Assembly (NCBI GenBank): GCA_965203805.1
Contig: OZ241917.1
Span: forward strand, 736,001 to 800,000
Length of the DNA stretch: 64,000 nt
Reading direction: 5' to 3'
DNA from: Candidatus Latescibacterota bacterium
GTDB lineage: Bacteria > Latescibacterota > UBA2968 > GCA-2709665
Positions 11,056 to 21,151 of this stretch are shown piece by piece. Numbering within the stretch: the stretch's first letter is position 1; each line of letters starts with the position of its first letter. A program made the translations under genes and the position numbers. Below the pieces are notes generated by a model. The model ran no database searches, was not told the origin of the DNA, and saw nothing but the letters and a program-made list of their open reading frames with translations.

Positions 11056-11394
11056 ATGTCGAGGATATTTTGCATCCTGGCTGTTCTGGCGTCGCTTGTT
11101 CACTGCGGAGACGCCCCGTTGTCCCCGGAAGAGGCAATAGTCGGTACGTGGAAACTGACGCTCGCGAGGGACGAATCCGTTACGGTGAATTATACGCTGA
11201 CATTTGAACGGAACGGAAATTATACGTTCATCAATACGATTTTCGACGGGAGTCAGATCACGTCCACCGGGATCTGGCGAATCCAGAATAACACACTGTT
11301 CCTCGATACCCTGGACTTCGGATTCTCCATAGAAGAGGACGCACTTACGCTGTATGCGATAGACGGTACGGTGTTCGTCTATACGAAGCAGTAG
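11056..11394 (+). CDS. Small lipocalin-like lipoprotein
   Basis: Signal peptide ending LVHC; IVGTWKL lipocalin-like motif; beta-rich sequence. Confidence 0.6.
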   Translation: MSRIFCILAVLASLVHCGDAPLSPEEAIVGTWKLTLARDESVTVNYTLTFERNGNYTFINTIFDGSQITSTGIWRIQNNTLFLDTLDFGFSIEEDALTLYAIDGTVFVYTKQ

Positions 11395-11451
11395 TTCCCG
11401 AGGGGATTTCCGTTTCATGGTGAAGAACACCGTATTGCTCCCGGAGAGCCG

Positions 11452-12828
11452 ATGCGCGTCGATCCATCCATTCGCCTGAAGGATCTGGAGTCCAGGCTGA
11501 ACCGGTGCTTCGAACTTGCGAGACGCAAGATAACCTCTATCTCCGAGACCTGGGATCCCGATGACGGCGCGCCTGTGTTTACCGCAGGCGGGAAATACAC
11601 CACCAGGGGTTGGACGGAATGGACACAGGGATTTCAGTACGGCTGTGCAATATTGCTGTTCGATGCGCTGAGGGAAAAGCGGTTCCTGGATATCGGACGG
11701 CGAGGGACAACGGGCCGGATGGCACCGCACCTGACCCACACCGGCGTGCACGACCACGGATTCAACAACATTTCGACCTACGGCAATCTCAGGCGGCTGA
11801 TGCTCGAAGGGGTCACCGCGGGCGATCAATGGGAAGCGGGATTTTACGAGCTTGCCCTGAAGACCTCCGGGGCGGTCCAGGCGGCGCGCTGGTCGAGGAT
11901 ACGAAACGGAAAGGGGTATATTCCGTCTTTTAACGGCGCCCATTCTCTGTTTTCCGACACGATTCGCACCTGCCGTTCCCTTGGGCTCGCACACGAATTG
12001 GGCCACGTGTTGATGGGCGAGAACGACCGAGCGATTTCGCTCCTGGACCGGATGATCCAGCACGCCGAGACGACGGCGACGTACAATGTCTATTACGGCC
12101 GGGGGCGCGATTCCTACGACATTCGGGGTCGGGTGGCCCATGAATCGATTTTCAATATCGCGGACGGAAACTACCGATGTCCGAGCACACAACAGGGATA
12201 CTCACCCTATTCCACCTGGACGCGGGGTCTCGCCTGGATCGTGACAGGATACGCGGAATTGCTGGAGTTCCTGGAGGTCGTCGACGATGACGATCTTTCG
12301 GCCTGCGGCGGTCGAGACCTTATAACGGCGTTCATGACCCGGGCGGCCACCGCCGCTGCCGATTATTTCGTCGACGGCGCTTCCGCGGCCGACGGCATTC
12401 CGTATTGGGATACCGGCGCCCCCGGATTGGCCCGAATGGGAGACTATCTCGGCCGCAATGCCGATCCATTCAATGAATATGAACCCGTTGACAGTTCGGC
12501 CGCAGCAATTGCCGCACAGGGTCTTTATCGCCTGGGGAAATACCTTGGCGCCCAAGACGGTGCGCCGTACACGCGCGCGGCCTTAACGGTCTCGCGCACG
12601 TTATTCGATTCACCGTACCTGTCGGAAGATGCCGATCACCAGGGACTGATCCTGCATTCCGTATACCACCGGCCCAACGGATGGGACCGTCGACGGGCCG
12701 GACAAAGCGTGCCGAACGGAGAGGCTTCGATGTGGGGAGACTATCACGCATTGGAACTGGCGGTGTTATTGAAGCGTGAAATTACCGGACAGCCGTACCT
12801 GACGTTTTTCGACAACCTCGGCGTTTGA
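11452..12828 (+). CDS. Glycoside hydrolase family 88-like (alpha/alpha)6 protein
   Basis: WT.WT.GF, HDHGF, QG....STWTRG.AW, PYWD, DSSAAAIAA, WGDY. Confidence 0.8.
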   Translation: MRVDPSIRLKDLESRLNRCFELARRKITSISETWDPDDGAPVFTAGGKYTTRGWTEWTQGFQYGCAILLFDALREKRFLDIGRRGTTGRMAPHLTHTGVHDHGFNNISTYGNLRRLMLEGVTAGDQWEAGFYELALKTSGAVQAARWSRIRNGKGYIPSFNGAHSLFSDTIRTCRSLGLAHELGHVLMGENDRAISLLDRMIQHAETTATYNVYYGRGRDSYDIRGRVAHESIFNIADGNYRCPSTQQGYSPYSTWTRGLAWIVTGYAELLEFLEVVDDDDLSACGGRDLITAFMTRAATAAADYFVDGASAADGIPYWDTGAPGLARMGDYLGRNADPFNEYEPVDSSAAAIAAQGLYRLGKYLGAQDGAPYTRAALTVSRTLFDSPYLSEDADHQGLILHSVYHRPNGWDRRRAGQSVPNGEASMWGDYHALELAVLLKREITGQPYLTFFDNLGV

Positions 12829-12882
12829 CGCGAACTTTCGTCGGACCTATCGAACGCCTCACGCTCATTCAGGCAGAAGGAC

Positions 12883-13755
12883 ATGAAGCCCATTCTTGAC
12901 TCAGCCGTCCCAACGACGGGGCGGGTTCGTCGCGCAATTCCTCTTGGATTCGTAGCAGGGTTGGTTCTGGCGATCGCTTTCTGCGAGTCCCCGGTACAGG
13001 GTGGAAAATCGACCGGGTTCGATTTCGGGCCCCTCGACCGACTGCTGGGCAGGTTCGTGGATTCGCGGGGATGGGTCGACTACGCCGGAATCAAGGCCGA
13101 GCCTTCCGACCTCCGGCAGCAGTTGGCCCGCCTTCGGGCGATCAGCCCGGAGAGCCACCCCGGCATGTTTCCCGATCGGGTGGATCGGCTGGCATATTGG
13201 ATCAATGCGTACAACGCGCTGGTGATTGCGGGGGTGGTCAATGCGTATCCCGCAACCAGCGTGAAAGACATCCACCCGCAACCAGGATTCTTCAAGGTAT
13301 TCCACGTCGTTGGCGGCAAATCGCTTTCACTGGACGACATTGAACACAATATTGTCCGAAAAAGGTTCGGAGATCCGCGAATTCACGCTGCTCTGAATTG
13401 CGCCGCCGCATCCTGTCCCAGATTGCAACCTGAGGCCTACCGTCCGGATCGGCTCGATAGCCAGCTGGATGCTGCTGTCCGGGAGTTCATCCGCGACCCG
13501 CAGCATGTACGCGTTGACCGTGACAGCAGGACGCTGGTGCTTTCGAAAATCCTGGATTGGTTCGAAGGAGATTTTACCGGCTGGTACAAACGCGCCTTTA
13601 AGGTGAAAGACGCTGGAATAACGGATTATCTGATTATCCATCTTGGCGAGAAAGATCGCGCCTATCTGCAATCACGCCCGAAGGTAGCCATTCGCTACGT
13701 ACCGTACGATTGGATGCTCAACGACCGGGCGTTGTACGAGAACGCGAGTCGTTGA
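12883..13755 (+). CDS. DUF547 family exported/lipoprotein
   Basis: VDY, LAYWINAYNA, SLDDIEH, DPRIHAALNCAAASCP, SKILDWF..DF, YDW.LN. Confidence 0.88.
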   Translation: MKPILDSAVPTTGRVRRAIPLGFVAGLVLAIAFCESPVQGGKSTGFDFGPLDRLLGRFVDSRGWVDYAGIKAEPSDLRQQLARLRAISPESHPGMFPDRVDRLAYWINAYNALVIAGVVNAYPATSVKDIHPQPGFFKVFHVVGGKSLSLDDIEHNIVRKRFGDPRIHAALNCAAASCPRLQPEAYRPDRLDSQLDAAVREFIRDPQHVRVDRDSRTLVLSKILDWFEGDFTGWYKRAFKVKDAGITDYLIIHLGEKDRAYLQSRPKVAIRYVPYDWMLNDRALYENASR

Positions 13756-13885
13756 GTTCATAACGACCCAACAATTGCCCGGATGTCCACGTTTCGGCAA
13801 TGACACGGTTCGAGCCGGTCTGACCGGTACGAACGGTTGAGCGACGGGTATCTTCCCGTCTGAGGTCAACGCAAAGGAGGGGGAA

Positions 13886-14899
13886 ATGGGAGCGGCGTCC
13901 GAACTGCTGGCGATTCAACCCCGTGATCGGGAACCGGCGCCGGCCAAACGCCTTCCGTTCGGGGAGCGTCTGAAGGGAGAGGGTGTCGATCTGCGGCGTG
14001 AGACGCTGGAGACGCTCCAGATCAACGTGGGAAAACTCTGCAATCAGGCGTGCAGGCATTGCCACGTGGATGCCGGCCCGAACCGGACGGAGGTCATGAC
14101 GCGCGACACGATGCGGTCGATCCTGGCGTTTCTCGCCTCGACGGATATTCCAGTGGTGGACATTACCGGCGGCGCGCCGGAGGTGAACCCCGATTTCAGG
14201 TTTCTGGTTCATCAGATCCGTGTGCTTGGACGACAGGTGCTGGTCCGGTGCAATCTTACCGTGATTTTCGAACCCGGTCTGGAGGACCTGCCTGACTTCT
14301 ACCGCGAACATCAGGTGGAACTGGTGTGCTCACTCCCCTGCTATCTTGAGGAAAACGTGGACCAACAGCGCGGAAAGGGTGTGTTCTACGATAGCATCGA
14401 GGCGCTGCAACGCCTGAATGCGATCGGATACGGAAAGCCGGATTCAGGCCTGAGGCTCCACCTCGTATACAATCCGGTCGGGGCCTCGCTTCCGCCGCCG
14501 CAGGCCGAACTGGAGGCGGACTATAAACAGGTTCTGGCAGAGCGGTACGACATTTCGTTCAACCGACTCCTGACGATAACGAACATGCCGATCAGCCGGT
14601 TTAACGACTATCTGAAACGTCGGGGGGAGTACGAAGGCTACACGCAGACGTTATACGATCATTTCAACGCCCAGACCATCGATCGCCTGATGTGCCGTTT
14701 TCTCGTGAGCGTAGATTGGGAAGGCAATATTTACGACTGCGATTTCAATCAGATGCTGGACATGCATCTGTCGGGCCGGCCGAAGAAACTGTGGGAGGTA
14801 TCGCCAGGATGGTTGGTGGACAGAAGGATCCGGATTGCCGACCATTGCTATGGTTGTACGGCAGGGGCGGGAAGCAGTTGCGGAGGCGAACTGGCCTGA
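13886..14899 (+). CDS. arsS: Arsenosugar-biosynthesis type radical SAM protein (ArsS-like, DUF3641)
   Basis: LQINVGKLCNQACRHCHVDAGP (CxxxCxxC), DITGGAPE, YDCDFNQML, C-terminal HCYGCTAGAGSSCGG. Confidence 0.85.
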   Translation: MGAASELLAIQPRDREPAPAKRLPFGERLKGEGVDLRRETLETLQINVGKLCNQACRHCHVDAGPNRTEVMTRDTMRSILAFLASTDIPVVDITGGAPEVNPDFRFLVHQIRVLGRQVLVRCNLTVIFEPGLEDLPDFYREHQVELVCSLPCYLEENVDQQRGKGVFYDSIEALQRLNAIGYGKPDSGLRLHLVYNPVGASLPPPQAELEADYKQVLAERYDISFNRLLTITNMPISRFNDYLKRRGEYEGYTQTLYDHFNAQTIDRLMCRFLVSVDWEGNIYDCDFNQMLDMHLSGRPKKLWEVSPGWLVDRRIRIADHCYGCTAGAGSSCGGELA

Positions 14900-14985
14900 G
14901 AAGACGCGTTTCCGGTTTCAGGCGGAACGCAGGTGAGGGGGTCGGCCGATTCGAGCGGTCGACCCCGAACCGTTACGCGCCGGGT

Positions 14986-15411
14986 TCATTCGAAATGACC
15001 CCCGCCGGTTTCCAGAAACTTGAGAATCCGGTCGTGTATCTGGTCTCTGACCCTTCGAAAGACCGACATCCGCTGTTCGTCGGTTCCACGTGCTTCGGCC
15101 GGGTCGTCGAAGCTCCAGTGGAGACGTGCGGTCGCGCCGTGATAAACGGGGCAGCTTTCGTTTGCCCGATCGCACACGGTGATGACGACGTCCACGTTCG
15201 AGTCCGCGAAGGCGTCGTGCGCCTTCGATCTTTGGACGGATATATCGACGCCGATTTCGGCCAGCGCCTTGACCGCCATCGGATTCAGGGTCGTGGGACG
15301 TGTGCCCGCGCTCAGAGATTCGAATCGGTCTCCCGCGAGTTGACGGAGGAGTCCTTCCGCCATCTGGCTCCTGCAGGAATTCCCGGTGCAAAGGAACAAT
15401 ACGCGTTTCAT
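14986..15411 (-). CDS. arsC: Thioredoxin-type arsenate reductase / LMW-PTP family
   Basis: VLFLCTGNSCRSQMAEG P-loop, ITVCD..ESCP, HWSFDDP, FRRVRD. Confidence 0.85.
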   Translation of the reverse strand: MKRVLFLCTGNSCRSQMAEGLLRQLAGDRFESLSAGTRPTTLNPMAVKALAEIGVDISVQRSKAHDAFADSNVDVVITVCDRANESCPVYHGATARLHWSFDDPAEARGTDEQRMSVFRRVRDQIHDRILKFLETGGGHFE

Positions 15412-15427
15412 GGCATAGGTGTGCGCT

Positions 15428-17917
15428 TCATCCGCGCAATTCGGACGCGACGACGTCAACGGAAAGGCTTATCGACGAAGGCGGCAGACACCGGGTGGCA
15501 TCGCATGCCTGAAAGTCCAAGACCAGGTCCAGCCGTACGTCACCTGGCGGCAAGCGGTCGATTTCGAGGATTGCAGGTATCGTGACGTCGCCTTCGTAAA
15601 CCGCCAGAGGCCGATCGGCGAACGGGAACCGGACGATCTTTGCCGACGGGTATGTGACCTTGATGGTCTCCAGCAGATGTTCGGAATAGACGCTGAGCGT
15701 GGTCGGAACCAGATACTCCAATGAAGCGGGGTTGGCGTTGATATGCCAACCTTCCTTTACATTCAGCGTCACCATGAGTTCCAGCCGCCCGCCGTCTCCG
15801 CGGGGCGGGATGCGCACCGTTGCCGTGGCTCTTACGGTCTCATCGCCTGCCGCGTTGCGCGAATCGGTGGATGTCGCCTGCCGGGTGGCGACCGACTGGG
15901 ACTTCAGGGACTTCATCTCCCGGTATCGCAACAAGCCGCGGTACATATTGTTGAAACCCCCGGGGCTCTGCCGGAACAACGGGCCGAAGGCATTCAGCGA
16001 ACGCCACGCCAGATCCATATATTCCGACTTACCCGTCGCCTCGTATAGGCTGAGCAAGGCGTGCACGGCAACCGAATTTCCCGAGGGAATGGCGCCGTCG
16101 TAGGGTTTCTTGGTGCGGGTGATGAGGTGTTCGACGCCGCTGGTGAAATAAAACCCGCCGTCTCCCGCGTCCCAGAAGAGGGTGCGCATGCGCTCGGTCA
16201 GAGCCTCGGCATCTCTGAGGTATCCCGGCTCACCCGAAGCCCTGTAAAGAGACATGAGGCCCTCGACGAGAAACGCATAGTCCTCCTGAAAACCCGGGTT
16301 CCCGGTCGTTCCCTTTCGATAGACGCGAAAGAGGTCGCCGCTACCGTTTCGCATGCGGCCCAGGACAAAGTCCGCGGCCCTTCGCGCGGCGCGCAGGTAG
16401 GCGCTGTTTTTCAAGACCGTGGAGGCATCGGCAAAGGCCGCAATCATCAGACCGTTCCATGCGGTAATTATCTTGTCGTCCAGCAGCGGCCGGACTCGCT
16501 GCTCTCTGGCGGCAAGCAGCTTCCGCTTGAGCGGCCGAAGCCGGTTCCGGAGACTCGCTTCGCTCATGGCCATGGCGTCGGCCACCGCGTTCAGCGCTGT
16601 TGGCAGGTAGAGGACCATACCGTCGCCTTCAGGCATTCGTGCAAGGCTGTAGACTTTGAGGAAGACATCTGCGTCCGAGTTGAGAATGCGTCGGATCTCG
16701 TCTGGTGTCCAGAGATAGTATTCACCTTCCCTGGCGCTTGTTTCAGAGTCCAGGGCGGAGTAGAAAGCGCCTTCGGGCGAGGTCATTTCCCGCAATACGT
16801 ATCGGAGAATTTCCTCGGCCGTATGTCTATGGTCCGGATTGCCGGTCGTCCGATAGGCGCGGACGTAAATCCTGGCCAATTGGGCCTGGTTGTAGAGCAT
16901 TTTCTCAAAGTGCGGTATTCGCCAGGCCCCGTCCACGGCGTAGCGATGAAAACCGCCGCCCAGGTGGTCGAAAATGCCGCCCGCGGCCATATTGTCCAGC
17001 GTGCCGGTCACGATTTCAATGAGGTCGGGGTCGCTCCGGCGAATGTGTTGTGATATGAGCAGGTCGAGCGCCTGATCGGGCGGAAATTTCGGCGCGCTGC
17101 CAAATCCTCCGTGAACGGGGTCGTAGGTCTGTTTGAGTCTGTCGACGACGCGGCTCAACGTGTCGTTGCCCGGTACGCCCGCCTGTGCGACGGCGCCGGG
17201 AACCGTATGAATGCTCCCCACCGCCGAGGATACGTACCGCGCGTGGTCGATGACCTCCATCCTTCGGTTTTCCCAAGCGTTCCGAACGACTTCGATCACA
17301 CGGGGAAAGCCGGGCCGATCGTACCGTGGATCGTCTTTCGGCGGGAAATAGGTGCCCGCGAAAAACGGATCGAGTTCAGGGGTGAGAAAGACCGAGTTCG
17401 GCCATCCGCCGTGCCCCGCGATGATCCTGGTCGCCGTCATGTAAATTTCGTCGATGTCGGGCCGTTCTTCCCTGTCGACCTTGATATTGACGAAGTTCTC
17501 GTTCATCTGTTCGGCAATCGCCGGATCGGAAAAGACCAGGCGTTCCATCACATGGCACCAGTAGCAGGTGGCATAGCCAACGGAAAGGAAGATGGGCTTG
17601 TCCTCGCGGCGCGCCCGTTCGATGGCCTCGGTTCCCCACGGATACCAGTTCACCGGGTTGTGCGCGTGCAGCAACAGGTAGGGACTGGTTTCACGGACGA
17701 GCCGGTTGGCATACTTCCAGGATCCGTCCGCTTCCTTCAGGGCGGGTGCAGTTCCATAGGTGTTCGAGTCGGGCGCAGATTCGGAATGAACGCCGCCGGG
17801 CGTCGGCCGCTGCCCAGAAACACTCGCGCCACAGCGGAGTCCGACCGCGACAGCAACGACCGCCGCCGCCAGAAACGCGTAGCGAACCGGTACATGTGAT
17901 TTCGGATTGTTCGTCAT
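15428..17917 (-). CDS. DUF255/YyaL (SPATA20-like) thioredoxin-domain protein with signal peptide and C-terminal DsbD-N-like domain
   Basis: [37 protein letters not shown]; tail GWHINANP...[11 protein letters not shown]. Confidence 0.88.
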   Translation of the reverse strand: MTNNPKSHVPVRYAFLAAAVVAVAVGLRCGASVSGQRPTPGGVHSESAPDSNTYGTAPALKEADGSWKYANRLVRETSPYLLLHAHNPVNWYPWGTEAIERARREDKPIFLSVGYATCYWCHVMERLVFSDPAIAEQMNENFVNIKVDREERPDIDEIYMTATRIIAGHGGWPNSVFLTPELDPFFAGTYFPPKDDPRYDRPGFPRVIEVVRNAWENRRMEVIDHARYVSSAVGSIHTVPGAVAQAGVPGNDTLSRVVDRLKQTYDPVHGGFGSAPKFPPDQALDLLISQHIRRSDPDLIEIVTGTLDNMAAGGIFDHLGGGFHRYAVDGAWRIPHFEKMLYNQAQLARIYVRAYRTTGNPDHRHTAEEILRYVLREMTSPEGAFYSALDSETSAREGEYYLWTPDEIRRILNSDADVFLKVYSLARMPEGDGMVLYLPTALNAVADAMAMSEASLRNRLRPLKRKLLAAREQRVRPLLDDKIITAWNGLMIAAFADASTVLKNSAYLRAARRAADFVLGRMRNGSGDLFRVYRKGTTGNPGFQEDYAFLVEGLMSLYRASGEPGYLRDAEALTERMRTLFWDAGDGGFYFTSGVEHLITRTKKPYDGAIPSGNSVAVHALLSLYEATGKSEYMDLAWRSLNAFGPLFRQSPGGFNNMYRGLLRYREMKSLKSQSVATRQATSTDSRNAAGDETVRATATVRIPPRGDGGRLELMVTLNVKEGWHINANPASLEYLVPTTLSVYSEHLLETIKVTYPSAKIVRFPFADRPLAVYEGDVTIPAILEIDRLPPGDVRLDLVLDFQACDATRCLPPSSISLSVDVVASELRG

Positions 17918-18021
17918 GGCGGGAGCGAGGGGATGGGTCGGATGCCGGCGCCATCCGTCTCGCCGCGATCAACAGGGTTTGCGTGACTGACGGGACGAAG
18001 GGTCATCGATCGACGGGGGGA

Positions 18022-19269
18022 TTAACGGGCAAATGCACGCTTGATCTTGCCCACGGCCTCTACGATGTCGTCCATGTCTTCCCGCGTTCCCAGGAGCATG
18101 GACTGATAGAACCATACGCTGTGCCGGCAGACGTGTTCAACCCGCGGACACGGCAGTCTGCGTACGCGTTCGGGGTATGCTTCCGAGACGCTCTTCAGCG
18201 CGCCTTCGTCGGTGAGCGGTCGCTGGTAACCGGGTGTGCAGTCTATTCCTTCAGCGGAGAGGGCGCTGACGAATTGCTCTCTGCTTCGGCCGCCGAATTG
18301 ATGGGGATCGTAGAGCGTCATGTAGAGATGATACCCATGCCGAGTTGTCCAGGGACGCGTCCCCGGCGGCGTGACGCCGCCGATACTTGTCAGTTCCCGT
18401 GTGAGATAGGCCGCGTTTCGACTTCGAACCCCGGTCTGAAGCTGCAAACGTCTGAGCCGTACCAGAAGGATGGATGCGAGGTACTCGGAGGTGCGGTAGT
18501 TCCATCCGTGGCGCGGGTATTCCCACCGTTCGCCCCCGGGGCGCCGTCCAACGTCCTTGAATGCGCAAGCCCGTTCGTAAATGTACCGATGGTTGGTGAC
18601 AAGACAGCCGCCCTCCCCGACCGTCAGGTTCTTGCTGGACTGGAAGCTGTACGCGCCGACATGGCCCAGCGGGCCTGCCTTCCTTCCGTTGTGCTCCGAG
18701 CCGTGGGCCTGCGCGGCATCTTCGACAACCACCAGCCCGTGTTTTTCGGCGATGGCGTTCAGGGCGTCCATATCCGCGGGGTGCCCCCCCATGTGCACCG
18801 GAAGAATCCCAACCGTCCTTCCGGTTATGGCCGCCTCTACCGCGTTTGGGTCGAGGGTGAAACTCACCGGGTCGATGTCCGCCAGTGCCAGCCTGCAACG
18901 TACCGAAAGGGCCGCACTGGCCGTGGCGATGAAGGTATAGTTCGGAATGATGATCTCCCCGCCCTCACCAAGACCGTCCAGGTCGAGCGCGCCGGCTAAG
19001 GACGCGGAAATCGCGTCGGTTCCATGCGGCATCATCAGGCCATAGCGTGCGCCGCAATATGCCGCGAACGCCTTGCCGAACCGGTCGCTAATGTTTGCCG
19101 GAAGCCCCTCTGTCCTGCCCAGATAGACTTCACGAAGGGCAGGTTCGATTTCGTTTTCCCACTCCGTTTCGGTGTTGTGTGGCCAGGAAGGCCACGGTTT
19201 CTCTTTGGGATCGCGAACGGGCGTGCCCCCGTCCACTGCCAGCCGGTTCGATGAAATTACATCTGGCAT
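18022..19269 (-). CDS. DegT/DnrJ/EryC1/StrS family aminotransferase
   Basis: YTFIATA, VVEDAAQAHG, YSFQSSKNLTVGEGG, GWNYR. Confidence 0.9.
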   Translation of the reverse strand: MPDVISSNRLAVDGGTPVRDPKEKPWPSWPHNTETEWENEIEPALREVYLGRTEGLPANISDRFGKAFAAYCGARYGLMMPHGTDAISASLAGALDLDGLGEGGEIIIPNYTFIATASAALSVRCRLALADIDPVSFTLDPNAVEAAITGRTVGILPVHMGGHPADMDALNAIAEKHGLVVVEDAAQAHGSEHNGRKAGPLGHVGAYSFQSSKNLTVGEGGCLVTNHRYIYERACAFKDVGRRPGGERWEYPRHGWNYRTSEYLASILLVRLRRLQLQTGVRSRNAAYLTRELTSIGGVTPPGTRPWTTRHGYHLYMTLYDPHQFGGRSREQFVSALSAEGIDCTPGYQRPLTDEGALKSVSEAYPERVRRLPCPRVEHVCRHSVWFYQSMLLGTREDMDDIVEAVGKIKRAFAR

Positions 19270-19405
19270 CGGATCTCCTGTGGATGCGCCCGAAAACTCC
19301 CCTCCTCATCGGAGCCTGCCGGAGTGACATCTCTGTTGCGGAAAGCCCGACGTTGCGGGCAGCGGGAGTCCAGGGACGCGCGTGGTCGAGAGCCGGCCAT
19401 TTGTA

Positions 19406-20683
19406 TCAACCGGCCACCATTTCGCAGGCGGCCGCGCGGACCAGCCGCTCTCCTTCTACCGCAAGGCCGGCATACCTGGGTTCCATGCCGCCTTCCCTGT
19501 GGGCCCGGGGGGTACTCAGATAACCGACGTCCGCGGTCGGGCCGGAAAGGACGATCGTAAGTGGAGCGCGTGCCGCAGACTTGATCGCAGACGCGGTTTC
19601 AACGAAGATCTCGCCTGGAAGATGGACAATTTCAACGCCGGACGCGGAAACACGCGTGATCGTGTAGTCCAGGGTTCGCCTGCCGGTTGCGTAATGCCTG
19701 CTGCCGTAGGCCTGAAAACGCTGAAGCCCGTCCGACCGTTGCGACGTCGACTTCAGTTCTGTCTCGACCGAATCCGGATCTTCGTACGAAAATGTGGGCA
19801 ACCGAATGGTCTTCTGCGAGACGCCGAAGTTCCCGGAACCGTTCGTGTCCGCCTGTTCCAATGCGTAGAGTGCCGCTCCTCCGACACTGTGGCCCACGCG
19901 CTTATAGGTCCGACCGGCGCGGCTGACCGGCACCACGTTTCCGATACTCCCTGGCAGAAACAGCGTGCCCACGCCCGCCGCCTCGACCACGTGCCGGGCG
20001 ACGCCGGGATAGTCGGCGGAGACGTGCCCGTACTTGTCGGTGTTGCAAAGTGCGTGACACCCGAATACGATGGCGCAACGAATGGGATTGCCCTCCAGGT
20101 CGTCGATTCGGAGCGCGTAGACGTTGTCGTCCACATCGTCATAGGTGAGTTCGGGACGGGGGTAGGGAAACTTGAAATTGCTCATCACCAGATTGCCGTT
20201 CCGGTCGTATGAGCGCCGGTTGTACAGGATGTTGGGAGCGGAACTGGCGCCTGCGCCCAATCGGGAGGGCGCCATGGCCCCGGCGGCTTTGCGGATGGCC
20301 GCCGCCATGTTTTCCGCGAAAAAATCCTCCCTGCCGTAGTACTTGAGCGCTTCGCACGGAATGTTGACGTAGGATTGGAATAAAATCGGCGTGGTGCCCA
20401 CATGGGACGCGCAGGGCAGGATGTGGTTCAGATTCAGCCAGGCGATATCCCGGAGTCGTTCCCTGACACGATCCATGATATCCTCTTCGATGCTGAAACA
20501 ATCTCCGGCCAGAAAGGTGACGTTGGTTTCCCGGTCCCGCAGGATCAGGGCCCGGAAGGAGATCGGATCGTACACGCGGAACGAGCCGTCCCGCGGTTCC
20601 TGTGGCGTAAAGTCCTGGATGCCAAAGCCGGTTTCCATCACGTCGGGCCTCCACGGCAGCGGTGTATGCAGGAAAACGGTCAA
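19406..20683 (-). CDS. Hypothetical protein, neutral/alkaline ceramidase-like amidohydrolase fold
   Basis: YDP...RAL, ASH..TTP, NRR, GCHA, SADYPG, PGE.F, GY....A..EGG.E pattern; start uncertain. Confidence 0.6.
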   Translation of the reverse strand: MTVFLHTPLPWRPDVMETGFGIQDFTPQEPRDGSFRVYDPISFRALILRDRETNVTFLAGDCFSIEEDIMDRVRERLRDIAWLNLNHILPCASHVGTTPILFQSYVNIPCEALKYYGREDFFAENMAAAIRKAAGAMAPSRLGAGASSAPNILYNRRSYDRNGNLVMSNFKFPYPRPELTYDDVDDNVYALRIDDLEGNPIRCAIVFGCHALCNTDKYGHVSADYPGVARHVVEAAGVGTLFLPGSIGNVVPVSRAGRTYKRVGHSVGGAALYALEQADTNGSGNFGVSQKTIRLPTFSYEDPDSVETELKSTSQRSDGLQRFQAYGSRHYATGRRTLDYTITRVSASGVEIVHLPGEIFVETASAIKSAARAPLTIVLSGPTADVGYLSTPRAHREGGMEPRYAGLAVEGERLVRAAACEMVAG

Positions 20684-20751
20684 TTGATAGGGTAATATTC
20701 ACGGGGCGTCAAGCGTTTTCCTGCCGTGCATTCGCTCGCGGACGGCGGACC

Positions 20752-20780
20752 TTGACGTATCCGCAGGGATGGGTTACATT
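20752..20780 (+). promoter_or_regulatory. Sigma-70-like promoter
   Basis: TTGACG-17 nt-TACATT. Confidence 0.5.
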
Positions 20781-21151
20781 ATCGTTCGTCCACGCCCGCG
20801 TACGGGATTCGCGTCGCCTTGAAACGCCGTGTGAGGGCACGACGAACGGTTCCCTTCCACCTGGCGATCGCTGCGGATTCCGCACGAGGCGAATTACGGG
20901 AGACTAACCATGATTCGTCAGTTTTCGGGGACGTCAATTCGAAGTATACGCAAGTTGATAAAGGCGAATTGACATCGGATTTCCAGGAACCTTCAGGTCA
21001 CTGGACGTGAACGGAAGAAATGTGCTTCCGGACGACCTCTTCGGCCCGTTGAGGAAATAACTTCAGGGTCGCGGCGTTACGACACACGCGGTTTCTCACG
21101 GATGCCGTTTGTGGCCAATTTTACGGTTATCTATTTTCGAATTGAGGCTAA

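Noticed and set aside
14860-14899. Selenocysteine in the ArsS C-terminal motif
   Set aside because: The codon is TGC (Cys); the TGA at 14897-14899 falls after the motif, where the family normally ends.
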